The notes under the pieces: generated by a model | What the model was told of the DNA's origin: nothing | Database searches by the model: none | The model's input: only the letters and a program-made list of their open reading frames with translations | Shown here: positions 35,046-35,305 of the stretch, piece by piece | How the letters are laid out: every line of letters begins with the position of its first letter | Numbering within the stretch: the stretch's first letter is position 1 | Made by a program: the position numbers and the translations under genes | Source: an uncultured Candidatus Saccharibacteria bacterium | GTDB lineage: Bacteria; Patescibacteriota; Saccharimonadia; Saccharimonadales; SZUA-47 | Assembly (NCBI GenBank): GCA_964550995.1 | Contig: CAZKAL010000003.1 | Span: 1 to 35,305 of the forward strand | DNA: 35,305 nucleotides | Direction: 5' to 3'

Positions 35046-35118
35046 CGGTGCTTAAGTAGTAGTGTGCCAACATGCTCGTAGCATGATTGTAATAGGAGTC
35101 AATATAACAGATGTACCG

Positions 35119-35151
35119 AAATCCGAGTTAAATCGGAGTTAACTCCGATTT
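35119..35151. promoter_or_regulatory. 22-bp perfect palindrome with an adjacent third half-site
   Basis: AAATCGGAGTT|AACTCCGATTT (35130-35151) is a perfect palindrome. AAATCCGAGTTA (35119-35130) is a direct near-copy (1 mismatch) of the left arm. TATAAT (35154-35159) follows immediately. Confidence 0.45.
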
Positions 35152-35204
35152 CGTATAATTGGTGTACATAAACCTTTGGAGATTGGCTGTATATGAAAAG
35201 TAAA

Positions 35205-35233
35205 TTGACAAATAACTAAAAAAGAAGTATACT
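35205..35233 (+). promoter_or_regulatory. Near-consensus promoter (TTGACA-17 nt-TATACT)
   Basis: TTGACA at 35205-35210, a 17-nt spacer, and TATACT at 35228-35233. An ATG follows 7 nt later. Confidence 0.55.
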
Positions 35234-35240
35234 AGTCACT

Positions 35241-35305
35241 ATGAATTTAGCCTGCCCACAACCCTCAACTGCAACAAAAGAGGTAGGTAGCAAAGAGCCG
35301 TTAGG
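35241..35305 (+). CDS. Possible 5' end of a leaderless CDS running off the window (MNLACPQPSTATKEVGSKEPL...)
   Basis: Open frame from ATG 35241 to the window edge. It shows the same promoter geometry as the other leaderless genes here. It could instead be the start of an RNA gene. Confidence 0.3.
   Translation, partial: MNLACPQPSTATKEVGSKEPL

Noticed and set aside
35111-35131. Six-codon mini-ORF (MYRNPS) as a leader peptide for attenuation at the palindrome
   Set aside because: AGGAG lies 12 nt upstream, which is too far. No U-tract follows the hairpin, and the next gene has its own strong promoter downstream. This is too speculative.

Overview
AT-rich, very gene-dense segment of about 30 CDS. 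Intergenic gaps are mostly under 100 bp, and convergent genes almost touch. The content is nearly all housekeeping: a relB/relE-like TA pair, mnmA, an HD hydrolase, alaS, an ftsA-like gene, ruvX, mltG, a LysM-CHAP hydrolase, obg, sbcB, uvrA, dedA, rplY, an ABC exporter, trhO, uvrC, an M24 aminopeptidase, a holin-family protein with secG, an orphan solute-binding protein and an FAD oxidase. Interspersed are lineage-specific membrane-anchored or unrecognisable proteins. The overall style (compaction, AlaRS without a C-Ala domain, a pilin-like domain on a surface protein, many orphan proteins) suggests a reduced Patescibacteria/CPR genome, possibly Saccharibacteria. That placement is inference from memory; no search was run. 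The code looks standard, since TGA terminates recognisable genes. I saw no rRNA, tRNA, CRISPR array, transposase, integrase or recognisable defence or secretion cassette. No classical multi-gene novel system is evident from sequence alone. Strongest leads: (1) a discrete 108-nt GC-enriched element bounded by perfect 10-bp inverted repeats sits in-frame in mnmA, and removing it restores canonical MnmA spacing; it resembles the in-frame palindromic elements of Rickettsia. (2) The first ~670 bp are non-coding and carry a degenerate family of ~50-nt modules. (3) Promoter and translation-start architecture is dominated by extended -10 boxes (TGNTAnnnT) ending 6-11 nt before start codons, implying mostly leaderless mRNAs. 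(4) One of only two full TTGACA-17-TATACT promoters drives a ~190-nt structured leader upstream of a LysM-CHAP cell-wall hydrolase. (5) An ftsA-like gene plus a large membrane protein are inserted into the conserved alaS-ruvX-mltG cluster. (6) A perfect (GCTAGAA)x8 microsatellite and a 22-bp perfect palindrome lie near the 3' end. (7) A two-gene cassette of unknown function lies next to uvrA.
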